From assembly GCA_009103225.1 (NCBI GenBank), contig RHPI01003011.1:1-37976 (forward strand): DNA of 37,976 nt. The letters run 5' to 3'. The position numbers and the translations under genes were made by a program. The notes under the pieces were generated by a model. That model worked only from the letters and a program-made list of their open reading frames with translations. It did not search any database and was not told where the DNA came from. The stretch is from Chlorokybus atmophyticus. Lineage: Eukaryota; Plantae; Mesostigma and Chlorokybus algae. Each line of letters begins with the position of its first letter. Position 1 is the stretch's first letter. Shown here piece after piece: positions 20,831 through 33,741 of the stretch.

Positions 20831-22053
20831 CAGCGAGGGAGTAGCCCAGGCTTTCCTCTCCCATGTACTCGGACGCTGTGCTAGAGTCATCACCGACCGA
20901 GATACGGAGTTCAGAGGAGCCTTCAACAAACTCATGGACAAATGCTTCATTGGTCATCGCCGCACTTCCACAGGCCGATGGTCTCGCTGAGCGTATCGTG
21001 CAGACCATCAAGAAGGCTTTGCGCAAGTACGTCCTTGACTACGAGAAGAACACATGGGATGACTACCTCCCATGGGTAGCACTGGGGTACCGGCTGTCCA
21101 AGCAGGCAGCACTGCGGGAGTACAGCACGTACTATTTGCTGTTTGAAAGGCAACCATTGCTCCCTTTTTGCGCACAGCAAGTTGTCGACAGAGTGGTGGA
21201 CAATCTTGACAACCCCGACGAGATGCTGTATGACCTAACAGTGCGCAGCGCACTGCTCGAGCACACTGTCCCTATGGCCTTCAACAACCTGCACATTGCT
21301 CAACACCGCGACACGCTTCACTACGAGCGTGTGCGCAGCGGTTTTTACAATAAGCAAAAACGCCGCTCCTAAGCAGGAGACTTCGTCTACCGCATGGCGG
21401 CCACACACGACACCCTCGACACCTCCGTCGGGCGCACTGCTTATAAGGTATTGAAGGTGTATCCCACAGGGGTACTGAACTTTCTGGGACAACAAGGCGA
21501 CCGCATGAAGGACAACATGGTGAACTGCGCGCCGTGTCATCTTCCCCACGTTGCTGGCTTCGGCAAGATCCAGCACACGCGACCGCTGCGAAGCATCCGC
21601 TGCGAGAAATGTGGCGGTGCCGACAACGACCCGGTGATGTTGTTATGCGAAGGCTGCAACCATGGCATGCACTGTGACTGCCTTGACCCTCCATTGGACA
21701 AGATGCCGCTGTGGGAGTATTGGTGCGCTGCGATGACTGCTGCATCAGCGGTCCCCCACACAGTCGGTTAAAGCTGAGTCCTAGAGCAGGAGGCTACCCC
21801 AGAACTTTAGGGGGGGTGGCTTGTTAACTGTGTGCACTATAGCACAGTAGGTACAGTAAGGAGGAAAGCGTCACCAGCTCTACAACTGACCAATCCTCAC
21901 ATTGGTTCATCCCCGAGCCTATGCCTATGTCTAGGGGGTTCTCTTTGTTTGTGTTGTTCTAGTGCTGCGCGCAGCACCATCATGCCCACGGCATGAGCGC
22001 TCATTTGCAGTGTGCCCGAGACGGCGCGACCCTCGACCATGGTAGGCACGACA
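20831..22053 (+). mobile_element. Gypsy element B' (diverged copy of B): integrase core, PHD, PPT and 3' LTR
   Basis: ADGLAERIVQTIKKALRKYV...; CEKCGGADNDPVMLLCEGCNHGMHCDCLDPPL...YWC; PPT at 21809-21821; LTR 21822..22053. Confidence 0.9.
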
Positions 22054-22686
22054 GCTGTCATGCCAAATACCCTCGCACGCCAGTCCTCGAGCATGTCTAC
22101 ATCCAGCCCCAAGCCCGGCCTACCAGCATGAAGACCGCGCGCGCCCTAGTCTACTGCTAGCTACTACTTCGCACTCCATGTAGCATGTAGCTAGGGCTAC
22201 TCTATAGACCTCTTTGTAGGAACCGCGCGTCGCTGATCAGTTAGGAATCTATTATCAGCTGATGTGCTATAACGAGTCTTAGAACATTTTCGTCATACGG
22301 CCTCGATGTGACCGTTGGCCTAGTGCCCGCATGGCACTGCACAGTCATGACATTGACAAGTATAAGTAGGAAGTCACTAGACTCGCTGATGACACTGTGA
22401 GTCAGTAATAAGATTAGAGACTCTGACTTCAAAAGCTGTTGAAGCGATTAGATCTGGAAGCACATCACGTCCTGGTTGCCAAGGTCCGCCTTACCACGCG
22501 AGACACAGTGTATGCTCTTGTGTGCGCTGTGCTTGTCATTGCTGTGAGCTTGGCGGTGGTGTGTTTGACACATCAGTCACGACATAGCATCTTTGGGTTG
22601 CTTGTTCATTCACCTCACTTAACAGTGTAATACATCATCCACTCATGCAAAGAACTGTGTATACAGGATTACCTATCGTAGTGTCT

Positions 22687-22914
22687 TGTTGACTGTGTGT
22701 TCTACAGCACAGTCGGTACAGTAAGGAGAAGAGCGTCACCAGCTCTACCACCGATCCTTATATATGTTCATCCCCCAGCCCATGCCTATGTCTGGAAGGT
22801 TGTCTTTGATTGTGTTGCTCTAATGCTGCGCGCAGCACCAGCATGCCCACGGCATGAGCGCTCGTCTGCAGTGTGCCTGAGACGGCGTGACCCTCGACCA
22901 TGGCAAGCACGACC
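22687..22914 (+). repeat. Isolated B-family LTR copy (solo-LTR-like)
   Basis: Homologous to 21822..22053 over its full length; no clean TSD. Confidence 0.75.
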
Positions 22915-23214
22915 GTGTGAAGAAGCTTCTCAACAACGGTGTATTGTTGTGGGAGGGAGCTTATGCCAAGACCACCAAAGAGCACATGAAGAGCTACGAC
23001 CCTTGTCAACTGCCAAACGTGGATGACAGTGTGGATCCGGCTTTGGCCATACCAGATGTGGGCCACCGCTGTGAGCGGTGTGGCCGAGCAGAGGGACACC
23101 ATGCTACTATGCGACAAGTGTGTTGCCGGTTGTCACATGGAGTGCCTTCGTCCACCACTTGAAGAGATCCCTGACGGAGCATGGTACTGTCCGGCGTGTA
23201 CGAGGACTACGTGA
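22915..23214 (+). pseudogene. C-terminal fragment of a third PHD-bearing gypsy pol
   Basis: RVKKLLNNGVLLWEG...PCQLP...CERCG (frameshift) MLLCDKCVAGCHMECLRPPLEEIPDGAWYCPAC, a C4HC3 PHD finger. Confidence 0.85.
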
Positions 23215-24887
23215 TGAGCGTGTGAGTCAGCTGAAGGCGCACGAGGGCATTGGCGCTCAGCTGCACGGGGTGGTGACACGCATCTTTAATTGTGTGTGTC
23301 TACTATGTGATGAGAGACAATGCATGAGACAGCATGACATGGTCTCATGGTGTACAATAGCATGCAGACATGCATGATAAGGTGGTTTACGACGAGTTCA
23401 AGCCACGATGATGGAAGGCATGACACGTTGTTGCTACATTGGTGCTGTTGCTGCTACAGCTTGTCCCAAGGTGGCATGGCTTTCTCATCACGACAACACT
23501 TGTGTCGTGGCGACAGCTGTCATTGTGCCGTAGTTGTAGCTGTACTGTTTTGCTGGCTATGCTGCGGACTGCAGCCAGCTGTATTTGCGGCTGCTCCCGC
23601 ACAGTCGTTGCAGCAGGAGCAGCATCGTTGCTATCATTGTTTTCTTTCATTAATGTTGACATTTGTTAACGTCTTTGCTGCCTTACTGCTGTTTGTTGCT
23701 GTTTTTGTTGTGCCTTGTGAAAGCATTCCCCCCTCCCCCCATCTTCCCACAATAGGTGCCGGAAGAGCCGTCCAGGTGCCAGTGGCCGCCTACCATCGCT
23801 GGGAGGAACGGCCGTGAAGACTATGACAAGCGCACTTGGCAAATTGCTGATTATGATGTTACAATTTCAATAGCTCATAAAGTGTGTACACGCACAGCTT
23901 TTGCGCATGACTTTTTGTATAACACTTTGTTTGTACAGCCGTGCGTGCATGTGTCTAACTGCGTGTCCGACTTAGATTCTTGTGTGTTTGCTTGCTACAG
24001 AAACTTCCACAAGCATAAATAGCAAAACTAACTTCTTGCGCACACGCAAGCGCACCGCATTCACATGCGCAAGCACATGCACACCGGCATGCGCGTGCAA
24101 GCAAGCATGTGCTCTTTGTAATGCATGCATGCACATACACAAATTATAACTGTGATATTTATGTGACATGCTTACTACAACCATTTGGGCATAGATTTAT
24201 GGCATCTGCCTTATAGGCTGCTCTGACCAGTGCAGCCTACGAGTTGCTATTGGCGGGCTTATCACTGGCTCATAGACTGCACTAACCAGGATTAGGGTCG
24301 CATGCAGGTTGCGGGCGTGAAGGGAAGTGTGGCATGAAGGCAGAGATGACGGAGCAGCTCTGCCAGCACCTGCAGCGTTGGCAATTGCATCACAACGACT
24401 ACAGTTGCGGTTTTCAGCAATGATTGTGCGGAAGACGCGCAACTGGCGGCAGACGCTGCTGCAGCTGCTCTCCCCCCCCCCCCCCNAGGGAGTTGGTTGA
24501 GCTGGAAGGCTCCATCTTGTCGTTCCCCTCCTCCTCCTCCTCCTCCTCCTCCTTGGCTACGCCTACCGAAAATCTCACCAAACCTACCATCCCTCCAAGA
24601 TCAATGCCAACGACAATGTCCTCTTCAACAACGTCCACACACCCCGCCTTTCAGGTGCTGCAAGCATTCCAGTGCATGTTTAAGAAGACACACATATGCC
24701 TGCGTGCACACACATCGGGCCACCACACTTGTGCACATGTTATGACGCACATGCGTGTGCACGCACAAACATGCATATGCATGCATGAGCTCACAATGCT
24801 GCCTCTTTCCGTCATGCAGCATCCAGAGCTCTTTTGTGGGCGCAGGATTGGGGGCTGGTGCGACGAGGTGCAACAGCTGAACCGCAG

Positions 24888-25783
24888 GTGAGCGGAGGGG
24901 AAAGGGTGAGGAGGATGTGCGCACATACGCATGCGCACGCGCAAGCGTGCCGTGCATTACTGAGCACAGTCATGCGCGGTGCAAGCGTGCATGCGCTTTT
25001 CATCAGCAGGCATGCATGTACACAAGTACACACAATTGTTTGTTACAGTCGGCTCATAGGCGGCACAGTCCAGTGCGGCCTATATGGCAGTTTTGCGTGT
25101 ACACATGCATGTGAACAGGGTCCCCCTCCCCCCNTCCTTGAAGAGATGCGCACGCACACACATACAAGCATGAACACCCGCACTCGCGCACACGCAGGTA
25201 CGCGGACTGCCCCCCAAGCTGGCAATCAGCAACCCGGTGCTAAAGAAGAGAACTTTGGAGTGCACGGCTTGTCAGCGCAAGCACTATCTCGCCATAGCTG
25301 CTCGTGCTGTCCATCTCCATTTTCAACGTCCCAAGGTGCGACGAGCGTGTGTGTGCGCATGCGAATGCGTGCGTGTGTGCATGCGTGCGCATGTTGTGAG
25401 ACATTGCTCATACGTAAGTGCGTATGCAAACACTTACGTTGGGCTCATGGACCGCATTCCACAAAGGTATGCGCATGCAAGCATGCAAGTGCTCTCTGTC
25501 ACACACGCGTGTGCACACATACACACACTTGTTGGACTTCTACCTACTATAATGCCTCGTAGGCTGCACTGTTCAGTGCGGCCTGTAAGGCAGTGCTTAC
25601 GGGCTGGCTCGTAGGCTGCAGTTACCAGTGCGGCCTATGAGCCAGCAATAGCTGGTCAGAATAAGTCATAGGCGGCAATCTAAAAGTGCCAGCTGTATAG
25701 ACAGGCCTGCATACATGCATGTGCGCAAGTGCATCCATTCCTTTGTATGCACACACACATGCAGTCGCTAACAATTGCATCCT
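24888..25783 (-). repeat. Right (inverted) copy of the ~2.1-kb non-coding element, part 1; the copy continues at 33855..34985 after the LINE
   Basis: The reverse complement of 25100..25535 aligns with 11455..11905, and that of 24888..25025 with 12040..12144. Confidence 0.75.
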
Positions 25784-25927
25784 GGGCGGCGGCTAGGAGG
25801 GGACGTCCTTGGCGGCGGAGGGGGTGACGTAATGGGGGGGTGGGGTGGGGGGTAAGGCTGGTCCCTTACCCCTGGTTAGGGGGGCTCTCCAGCCCCACCT
25901 GATCCGGCGGTAGTTTGCCCGCTGCGC

Positions 25928-26437
25928 TGCAGCAGCTGGTCAACGCAGCTGACTTTTTCTGGTGCAGCTCCTAAACGCTGCACCACGTGGAGACCATAGC
26001 CATGGTGGCTGCTGGTGATCAGGGGCAGGTCCCCCTTAACTCCTCTCCTACCTATGGAGGACTTCCCTTTCCTCGGAGGCGTCGTCCATGAGCGACCAGG
26101 AGCGTCTCTTGGTGTTCCAATTCTGGACGAGCCCGTGCTCAAGCCCACTACATGGGCGGATGCAGTGGCAGGCGCCCCTCGGNTGCAGCAGCTGGTCAAC
26201 GCAGCTGACTTTTTCTGGTGCAGCTCCTAAACGCTGCACCACGTGGAGACCATAGCCATGGTGGCTGCTGGTGATCAGGGGCAGGTTCCCCTGACTCCTC
26301 TCCTACCTATGGAGGACTTTCCTCCCCTCGGAGGCGTCGTCCATGAGCGACCAGGAGCGTCTCCTGGTGTTCCAGTTCTGGACGAGCCCGTGCTCAAGCC
26401 CGCTACATGGGCGGATGCGGTGGCAGGCGCCCCTCGG
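25928..26437 (+). other. Tandem duplication of about 255 bp joined by a single N (26183); probable assembly artefact
   Basis: 25928..26182 is repeated at 26184..26437 with a few substitutions. Confidence 0.7.
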
Positions 26438-29088
26438 CAGCCACCCCTCCATTCTCTCAACGGCATCGAGGAGACTCTCTCAGGGAGTCCCACTCTCACA
26501 GCTAAGTTGATGGCTAATCTTGCACACGCTCCGGGCATCATTGCTAGCACCCTCACCACCACATCCGCATATGCTATCTCACTAGATGAGCGTGCGTGTG
26601 AGCGGTGGCAGTCAGTTTTAGAGCAGCGAGCACTAGTGTTTAGATTCCGATACACTCAGACATTAGAGTCACGCTTGACATGGATAGAAGCTTTGAGTGC
26701 ACGCCACCCGGCTGCCCCACTGATTGCATCAGTGCACTACACACGGGCGGGGGAAATCCAAGCACTCTTCACACGGCATCCAGCACAAAGCACGTCCTTG
26801 CCCTTGCAGAGCAACGTCGCTTGCCCACGCTGTTGGGCAAGCCAGTCACGGTGCTTCGTTGGAGCGAGGGCGGTGACGACGACAACTTCTGGGTCTCCTT
26901 CCAGGGAGCGCATCCTCGAGTCCTTTTCTCTCTCTCTCTCTCTCTCAAGTCCTTTCTCCGTATGGGCAGCTTGGCGATCCCCTGCGCTCAGCCGCCTCCG
27001 CTTCCCGCTCGTTCACCACACCATCTATGCGCTTTTGCTTCAAACGCAAGGCAGGTGCAGTGCTCCCCCCCTCCGTGCTCATCAAGTCCGTGTCAGGAGT
27101 GGAGCCTCATGGAGGTGCGCATCATCACCCCCCAGACACCTCCCACCTGCTTCCGCTGCAAGCAAGTGGGGCACTTGCGCAGTCATTGCACGGCGCCCCT
27201 CCCAGCGTCAACGGCAGCACAGCCAGGCGCAGCTCCCCCCGCAGACCAGGAGCCGCTTCCCCCCCTCAACAACCTCCCAACCCCCCGCCCAACCAACCCC
27301 CCACTCACCCACCTGCTGCAACAATCAGCACCCCCCTTCTCNNNNNNNNNNNNNNNNNNNNNNNNNNNNNNNNNNNNNNNNNNNNNNNNNNNNNNNNNNN
27401 NNNNNNNNNNNNNNNNNNNNNNNNNNNNNNNNNNNCACACCCTCCGCCAGCGCTTTGTGCGCAGACCTTGCCCTCGACCTCCAGCAGCTGCCTCGCATGA
27501 CTGCTGATGGCCCAACCCAGCAGCAAACGCTGGAAGGTTGGCTGGAGACCAAGCCTCCGCCGCTGCGCGCAGAGCACCCTCCTCCCTCCTCGCGTGTGGC
27601 TCCGTATCCGTCACCCTCAAAGCTGTGGTGTGACGATCAGGATGAGGAGGATGACCTCCCGCCAGCCCCGCCTGCTGGTGGGATGGTCCCCTACGACCAT
27701 TCAGTGCAAGCTGCTCGCACAACCCAGGCTGATCGCCATCCCCAACAGCGTCTCTGGTTGGGAGAACTGCTTGAGGATGCGGGTTTCAAGCCTTCTTCTT
27801 CACCATAGGAGACGGCGTTCATCGTCCCCGTGGTGCTTGCCAACGCAGGGGACTCCGCTGACTGCTTGTCCCTACTTCTCACGGACACAACACAACGCAC
27901 CACGGGGCTGCGTATTGGCAACCTCCTCCCCTCTGCGCAGGGTGAAGCTGACGGCATGCAACATTGTTGCTCCATACTGCGGGCAACGCTGGAGCAGGCC
28001 GGTGTGTCACTAGACGCCACCAGGGAGGACGCTGAGCATGAGTCGTCTGTCTCAAACTCAAGCCCACTCGCAGGGGGCACGCCATTGCATCCGTGCCTAT
28101 TCGTTCTTTGCCCACTGCTTCTTCCTGCCGAGGCATGCCACCAAGCATCGGCGCAGCAGCAATGGGTGTCCTTGTCGGAGTGGCAAGCCCTGGCCCACAC
28201 CAAACTCAGCAAGCACGGCAAGCCTCGCATCACACCCTTGATGATAGCCTCCGCGATGCGCACATGGTGGGAGCAACATGCACGCACTCCGCTATCATCA
28301 CCGTCTCACCCCTCCTCCTCACACACGGACTTCTCGGAGTCTCCCTACACTACCCCTCGCCCACACCACCCCGCAATGTCCGCCTCCCCATCCCAAATGG
28401 ACAGCTCCTCCGTTCCCCGCCTCCCTCCCCATCCCATCATACACCCTTCAAGGAGGCTTCCCCCCCGTCGGTGAGAAGAAAATTGCAGCTCTCCCCGTCA
28501 CACCCCCCTCTCCCCGCAATCACCACCACCCCTTCGGAACGACTTGCACCCCACCTGCATGCTCTGGCAGTCCTGGTGTACAAGTATGCGGCCCAATGCT
28601 GGCGGCTGGGTCTGGTTCGCCAGAACGGCGACAAGCTAGCAACCATCCCGGCTACCTTGCCAGCGGACCCCTCCCCCTGCGACCATGGTAGGCAGGCGCG
28701 GCGGCTGGCTTCGGCCATGCTGGGCGTCCCCGAGTCTACACATTTTACTCCAAGCCCGGAGCTCTCATTCATACAAACGGCTGCAGATGGCATGCCATAC
28801 CATGTTCACACATGGTTGTGGCACGACGAGGAAGTAATGTCACAACCCCCCAACACCTCAGGCGCGCAGGATGTGCTGTGGGTTGATCCACTCCTTGTTG
28901 AGGGCGTTGCGGGAGGCAGCCACGACCTCGTTGAGGCACAGGTGCTGGAGGTGTTAGAGCACGTTTCTCACTTCACCGCCAACACCTCCGCTCAGCACCC
29001 TTCTTCATGTCCGTCATGGCCTTTGGCTGGCGGAACCCCTCCTCAAGGCGTGCCATATTCTTGGGAGCGGGTGTTGGGCCTTGACTGA
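26243..29088 (+). pseudogene. LINE ORF1 region (RNA-binding region, zinc knuckle, two Nudix-like domains), frameshifted and containing a 94-N gap
   Basis: Pieces lie in ORFs 26243..27808, 26680..27507, 27830..28474 and 28093..29088. The TAG at 27806-27808 is followed by in-frame coding sequence. The true start is not determined. Confidence 0.75.
27342..27435. other. Assembly gap (94 N)
   Basis: Run of N. Confidence 0.99.
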
Positions 29089-32000
29089 TGCAAGTGTCTT
29101 CAAGTCTCACGTCCACGCTCTCCGTGTGGACGTGGAATGTTCGAGGCATGAACGGCAATCAGTCAAGCTTGGCAGGTGCATTTTCGCATGGTCGGCGTCG
29201 CATATCGGCAATCACCCGCTTTCGCTTATGGCCTTCGTCGAAGGATGGAGTCCTTCTTTTGCAAGAGACCAAACTAGGAACGTCACCAGCTGCCCATGGA
29301 CGGCGAAATGTTGTTGGCGAGGCCCGAGTGTGTGGGCCCTGCGGAAGGCACACGCGGGGGGGTGGCAATCCTGTGCCCACCAGCTTGGCAGGACTATATC
29401 ATTGACACAGGCGTGGCCGTCCCTGCTAGATGCTGCTGGGTGCATGTTCGTTGGTTTGGTGGAGTCCTTCTCCTCGCCAGTGTGTATGCACCCTCAAACT
29501 CGCGAGAGGCCAGAGACCTTTTCTTCTTTGCACTCCCCTCTCTCCTCCCTCACGCGGATTGATATTTGCCGGGTGGTGACTGGAACTGTGTGGAGGATGT
29601 GGATGAGGATCGCTCTCGCCATGGTAGACTCTTTAGCATGGAAGACGCAGGTGCTCTTCATGCAATGGTGGGGGAGATGGACTTGCATGATGTGTGGCGC
29701 AGCTGCAACTCTGGCATGCGCGCCTTCACTTGGGACAACAGGCGTGAGGACAAAGGCCGCAGGCTTGCGCGCCTTGATCGGTTTCATGCTTCCGCCTCTC
29801 TCAGTACTTTCTTTGACAGCTCTTCAATCCTGCAGGAGGAGTGGCTATATGACCATAAGCCAGTGCGTTTATCTATACGCTCTGGCTCGGATGTGGACCA
29901 GGGTCCGGGCTTGTGGAAGCTCAACCCCGCTCTTCTAAAGCGTTCTTCTTTTAGGGCAGAGTTGGAAAGTCTGAAGCAGCTGCACCGGCTTACCTCTCCG
30001 CACTCCGGGCAGGCCTACATACGATGGTTTGAAGCTGGGCTTGCGAAGGTTGCCATGATGGCGCGGAAGCACTGGCACACTGTACGGCAACAACACAACA
30101 TGCAGCTACATCATCTGCAGGACCAGCTGGGCAGATGTGAGGCGGCGTTGTCTGCTAGTCCTGGAGACACAGCCATTCAACTAGAGCACTCCCGTCTGCT
30201 GACTGATCTAGGTGCACTCTCTGGGGTATTGCAAGAAGGTGCTGCAATACGCTCAAGTGTCCGCTGGCGTCTTCAACGGGAGCGGATGACCTCCTTCTTC
30301 TTTGCCGAAGGCCGCTCTTACACTCCTGCACACGTGCTTCTTTCTGTCACTCATGCCCATGAGCTTTTGCCAACACCGGTGACCAGCAATAATGGTTTGT
30401 TGGACGAGGTCTCAGCATTCTACCACAAGCTATACACCTCCTCGCCCTCCCCGCCAGCAGCAAAGGCAGCTGCAGCCCGACAGTGTTGGCAGGCATTGGA
30501 TATGAAGGTCTCCGCTCAGGTCTTGGAGTCTTCGGTGACGCTACTTGAGTTGCACGCTGCACTACAGAGCATGCCCCCGCACAAAGCCCCAGGCAAGGAC
30601 GGCCTCACCACGGCGTTCTGGCAAAGTGCATGGCCTCTCTTAGGGGAGGATTATTCTCTTTACTGTCAGCACGTTCCAGCGGAAGGGCAATTGGGTGAAG
30701 CTCAGTGCGAGGGGGTTATCCTCATGTTGCACAAGAAAGGAGAACAGTCTGACCTTTGCAACTGGCGGCCCATCACGCTGCTGCCCACCCACTACAAGAT
30801 TCTGGCAAAAGCTCTAGCAGTTCGCGTGGCGCCTGTGCTTCCTACGGCAGTCCACCCGTTGCAGGTAGGCTTTGTGCGCCACCTGTACATCTTGGACATG
30901 TGCTAGTGGCCCTGGACGCTATGCAGCATGCTGCACACACAGGGCAGCGCGGTGCTCTTATCTTGCTAGACTTTGAGAAGGCATTCGACCGGTTAGACTG
31001 GCACTTTCTAAATGGCGCGCTCTCGCATTTGGGCTTCGGCCTAACCTTTCGGCAATGGGTACGCATGATGAATGGGGGGAGCTGGAGCTCGGTGCTAGTG
31101 AACGGCCACGTGTCTTCTCCCTTCGCTCTGCACCGCAGTGTAAGACCGAGCTGTCCATTGGCTCCCTCTCTTTTCACCCTTGCCATTGAGTATTTGGGTG
31201 CTCTCCTCCGCATCACCCCTAAGGTTGAGGGCATACGGCAAAACTTGGATGAACTGCAGGACGAGGCCCACGAGCTGAAGTACAAGGATACGCGGACGAC
31301 ACGGAGGTCTACGTTGCTCTTACCCCGAGCAGCTTCCACGCCCTTCGCCGAGAAAGTCCTGGACCTGTATTGCTTGGCCTCGGATTCCAGTCTCAACCTG
31401 AGGTAGTAAAAAGGCATTCTTCTAGGTCCTCCCTCGGATCCCCCCCCCCCGGACTGGGAGGTGCATTGGCTGTCAGCAGGGGAAGCGGTCTCTCTTCTTG
31501 GTGTCCCCATGGGGATTTCTGTCCACCAGGAACAGCTATTTACCGAGGTGATAGCCAAGATGCGGCGCAAGCTTGAGCTATGGTCGCGCCAGCAGTTATC
31601 CTTGGTGGGGCGGGCTCGGACAGCCAACCAGACCGTCCTGTCATGTCTCTGGTATCTAGCAGCGATAGCCTCTCCCCCGGCGACAGATTATAAACAGCTA
31701 ACCGCCAACNCCCCCCCCCCCCCCCCCCCCCCCCCGAACTGAGGGATGCATTGGCTGTCAGCAGGGGAAGCGGTCGCTCTTCTAGGTGTTCCCGGCATTT
31801 TTGTCCACCAAGAACAGCTATTTATCGTTGTGATAGCCAAGATGCGGCGCAAGCTTGAGCTATGGTCGCGCCAGCAGTTATCCTTGGTGGGGCGGGCTCG
31901 GACAGCCAACCAGACCGTCCTGTCATGTCTCTGGTATCTAGCAGCGATAGCCTCTCCCCCGGCGACGGATCTCAGACAGCTGACCGCCAACTGCAGGGGG

Positions 32001-33741
32001 TACATATGGCGGCATGACCCTGAGCAGCGTCCCAGAGGCGGGCAAGTTGACTGGCCCACTGTTTGCTTGCCCAAGCGGCTTGGGGGCCTAGGGGTGCTGC
32101 ACCCGACATGGCAAACCACGGCTTTACTAGCCAAGTGGGCTGCCCGCTTGATGGACCCAACATGGGCGAAATGGAAGGTGCTGGGCTTTCATCAGGTTGA
32201 CATGTGGGGCACTGAGCACCTCCCCTCACGGACAGGCCTTTCTCGCTTAATACGCTGGGTACCTAAAGGGGCGGCCCTTTATGCTGTCGGCCTGCCCATT
32301 CGACCTTCCGGCGCAATCATCTTTCAGGCGTGGATGCAGGTCCGCCCTGCTGCGCCGTCACCAACAAACTTTGATGAGGTTTTGAGACAACCTCTCTTTC
32401 ACAATGCACACGTTGTGGACGCGCTCGGCCAGGTGGTGGGTGGCTTTCAGCCTTCCAGGCGCTACTGGCGACACTGGGCAGAGGTAGGCTTTCTCGCGGT
32501 GGCAACGCTTTGGGATAGTGTCCTGCGTCGGCCATATCCGGCTTCTACCCTTGCACTGTGGGTGCCCTTGGATGCTAGGGCGGAAGAACACGCAGCCGAG
32601 CTGTGGAACCTCCTCCCGGCAGCTTGGCGCCTGCTGCTGCACGGCGGGAAAGGGTTTCCTACTGTTGGAGAGTGGTGGGCCTTCTCACTCCTAATCACAA
32701 GATCAGTGCGGCACTGCGTGCAGGGTCCACACACGGCCAGCTCTGCACCGGCTTGCTCTTTCCTCTTATCGGCGATGAGGGAGACATCCTCGCCCCTCCC
32801 TCCTCGTTCACAACTGGCATCTTCACGTTGCAGCGCATCTGGGTCCTTTAAGAGCCTGTGCGCTGGCAAGGCAAGCTCGCCATCGGCTCCCCGGCATGAT
32901 TGGCATTGCCCGACACTCAACGCTACCTGGGGTGGCATATAGCGGGGGGAGCTCCCTTGCACATGCTCCACATGGACCCGGCATTGTCTGTATGGGGAAC
33001 GCAGGCATCTTCCCCGCAGCAATCCCTCTTACTATGGGATTACACGGTCAGGTTCGGCTACACCCTCCTCAGCACAGCGCACGCACATCAGGCGCCCGCA
33101 TTGCGCCGATGGGACCCTGAGCAACACCCTGTATCGTGGCCAGCTCATTAATCGCGCCTGCACAAGACACCCTTGGCGGCCAAGCACCGTTCTTTCTTAT
33201 GGCTACTGTCACACTGGGCATTGCACTCAGGTGACAGGCTTGCGAAAATGAACTTTTCTGGGGAGTGTATGTCATGCTCTCTGCAATGTCTTGAAACTCC
33301 CGAGCACCTCTTCCTTCGCTGCTCGCTGGTCCGTGCAGTCTGGGCTTGGGTCTGTGCTATATAGAGACGCCTTGGCGGCTTTTTTCCCCTCTCCTTTTCC
33401 CATCTCCTGTTTCACACTTCGTTTCCTAGTCCTCACACACAGCTCCGTCCGGCGTGGTTGATTCTCTACGCATTGACTCTCTGGCACGTCTGGGTGGCCA
33501 GGTGTTCGGTGATGTACTCAGGTTCCTCCCCCTCTTCAACTGTTATTGTGTGCTCTCTCGCTTCCAGTGTTCAGGTTCTGGCCAAGGAGGAGTGGCTTCT
33601 AGTCACGTCCTCGCCACAGGAAGACATTTGACTTGCTCCTTTCACAGCCTTCACGGACTCGTGGGCTCGCCACTCTATCCTCTACTCTACAGCCTGGGCT
33701 TCCCCTCTTCCTCGGATACACTGGCATACGCTAGATACTAG
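29088..33741 (+). pseudogene. LINE ORF2 (APE, RT, C-terminal zinc-binding domain), with multiple stops and frameshifts
   Basis: ORFs 29088..29405, 29296..29562, 29566..30906, 30756..31406, 31746..32942 and 33173..33364 carry the motifs in order. Confidence 0.9.
31441..31991 (+). other. Tandem duplication of about 270 bp joined at an N (31710) and a poly-C run; probable assembly artefact
   Basis: The segment HWLSAGEAV...KQLTAN occurs twice (ORFs 31461..31742 and 31746 onward). Confidence 0.7.

Noticed and set aside
24594-24614. VVGIDLG on the minus strand, resembling the TnpB/Fanzor RuvC-I or Hsp70 N-terminal motif
   Set aside because: It sits in a short frame that runs into a (GAG)n microsatellite and an N join, and no other RuvC, zinc-finger or Hsp70 motifs lie nearby.
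25928-26437. Tandem 5' repeat in the LINE as a biological promoter monomer array
   Set aside because: The two copies meet exactly at a single N, the signature of an unmerged contig overlap; the same pattern occurs at 31710.
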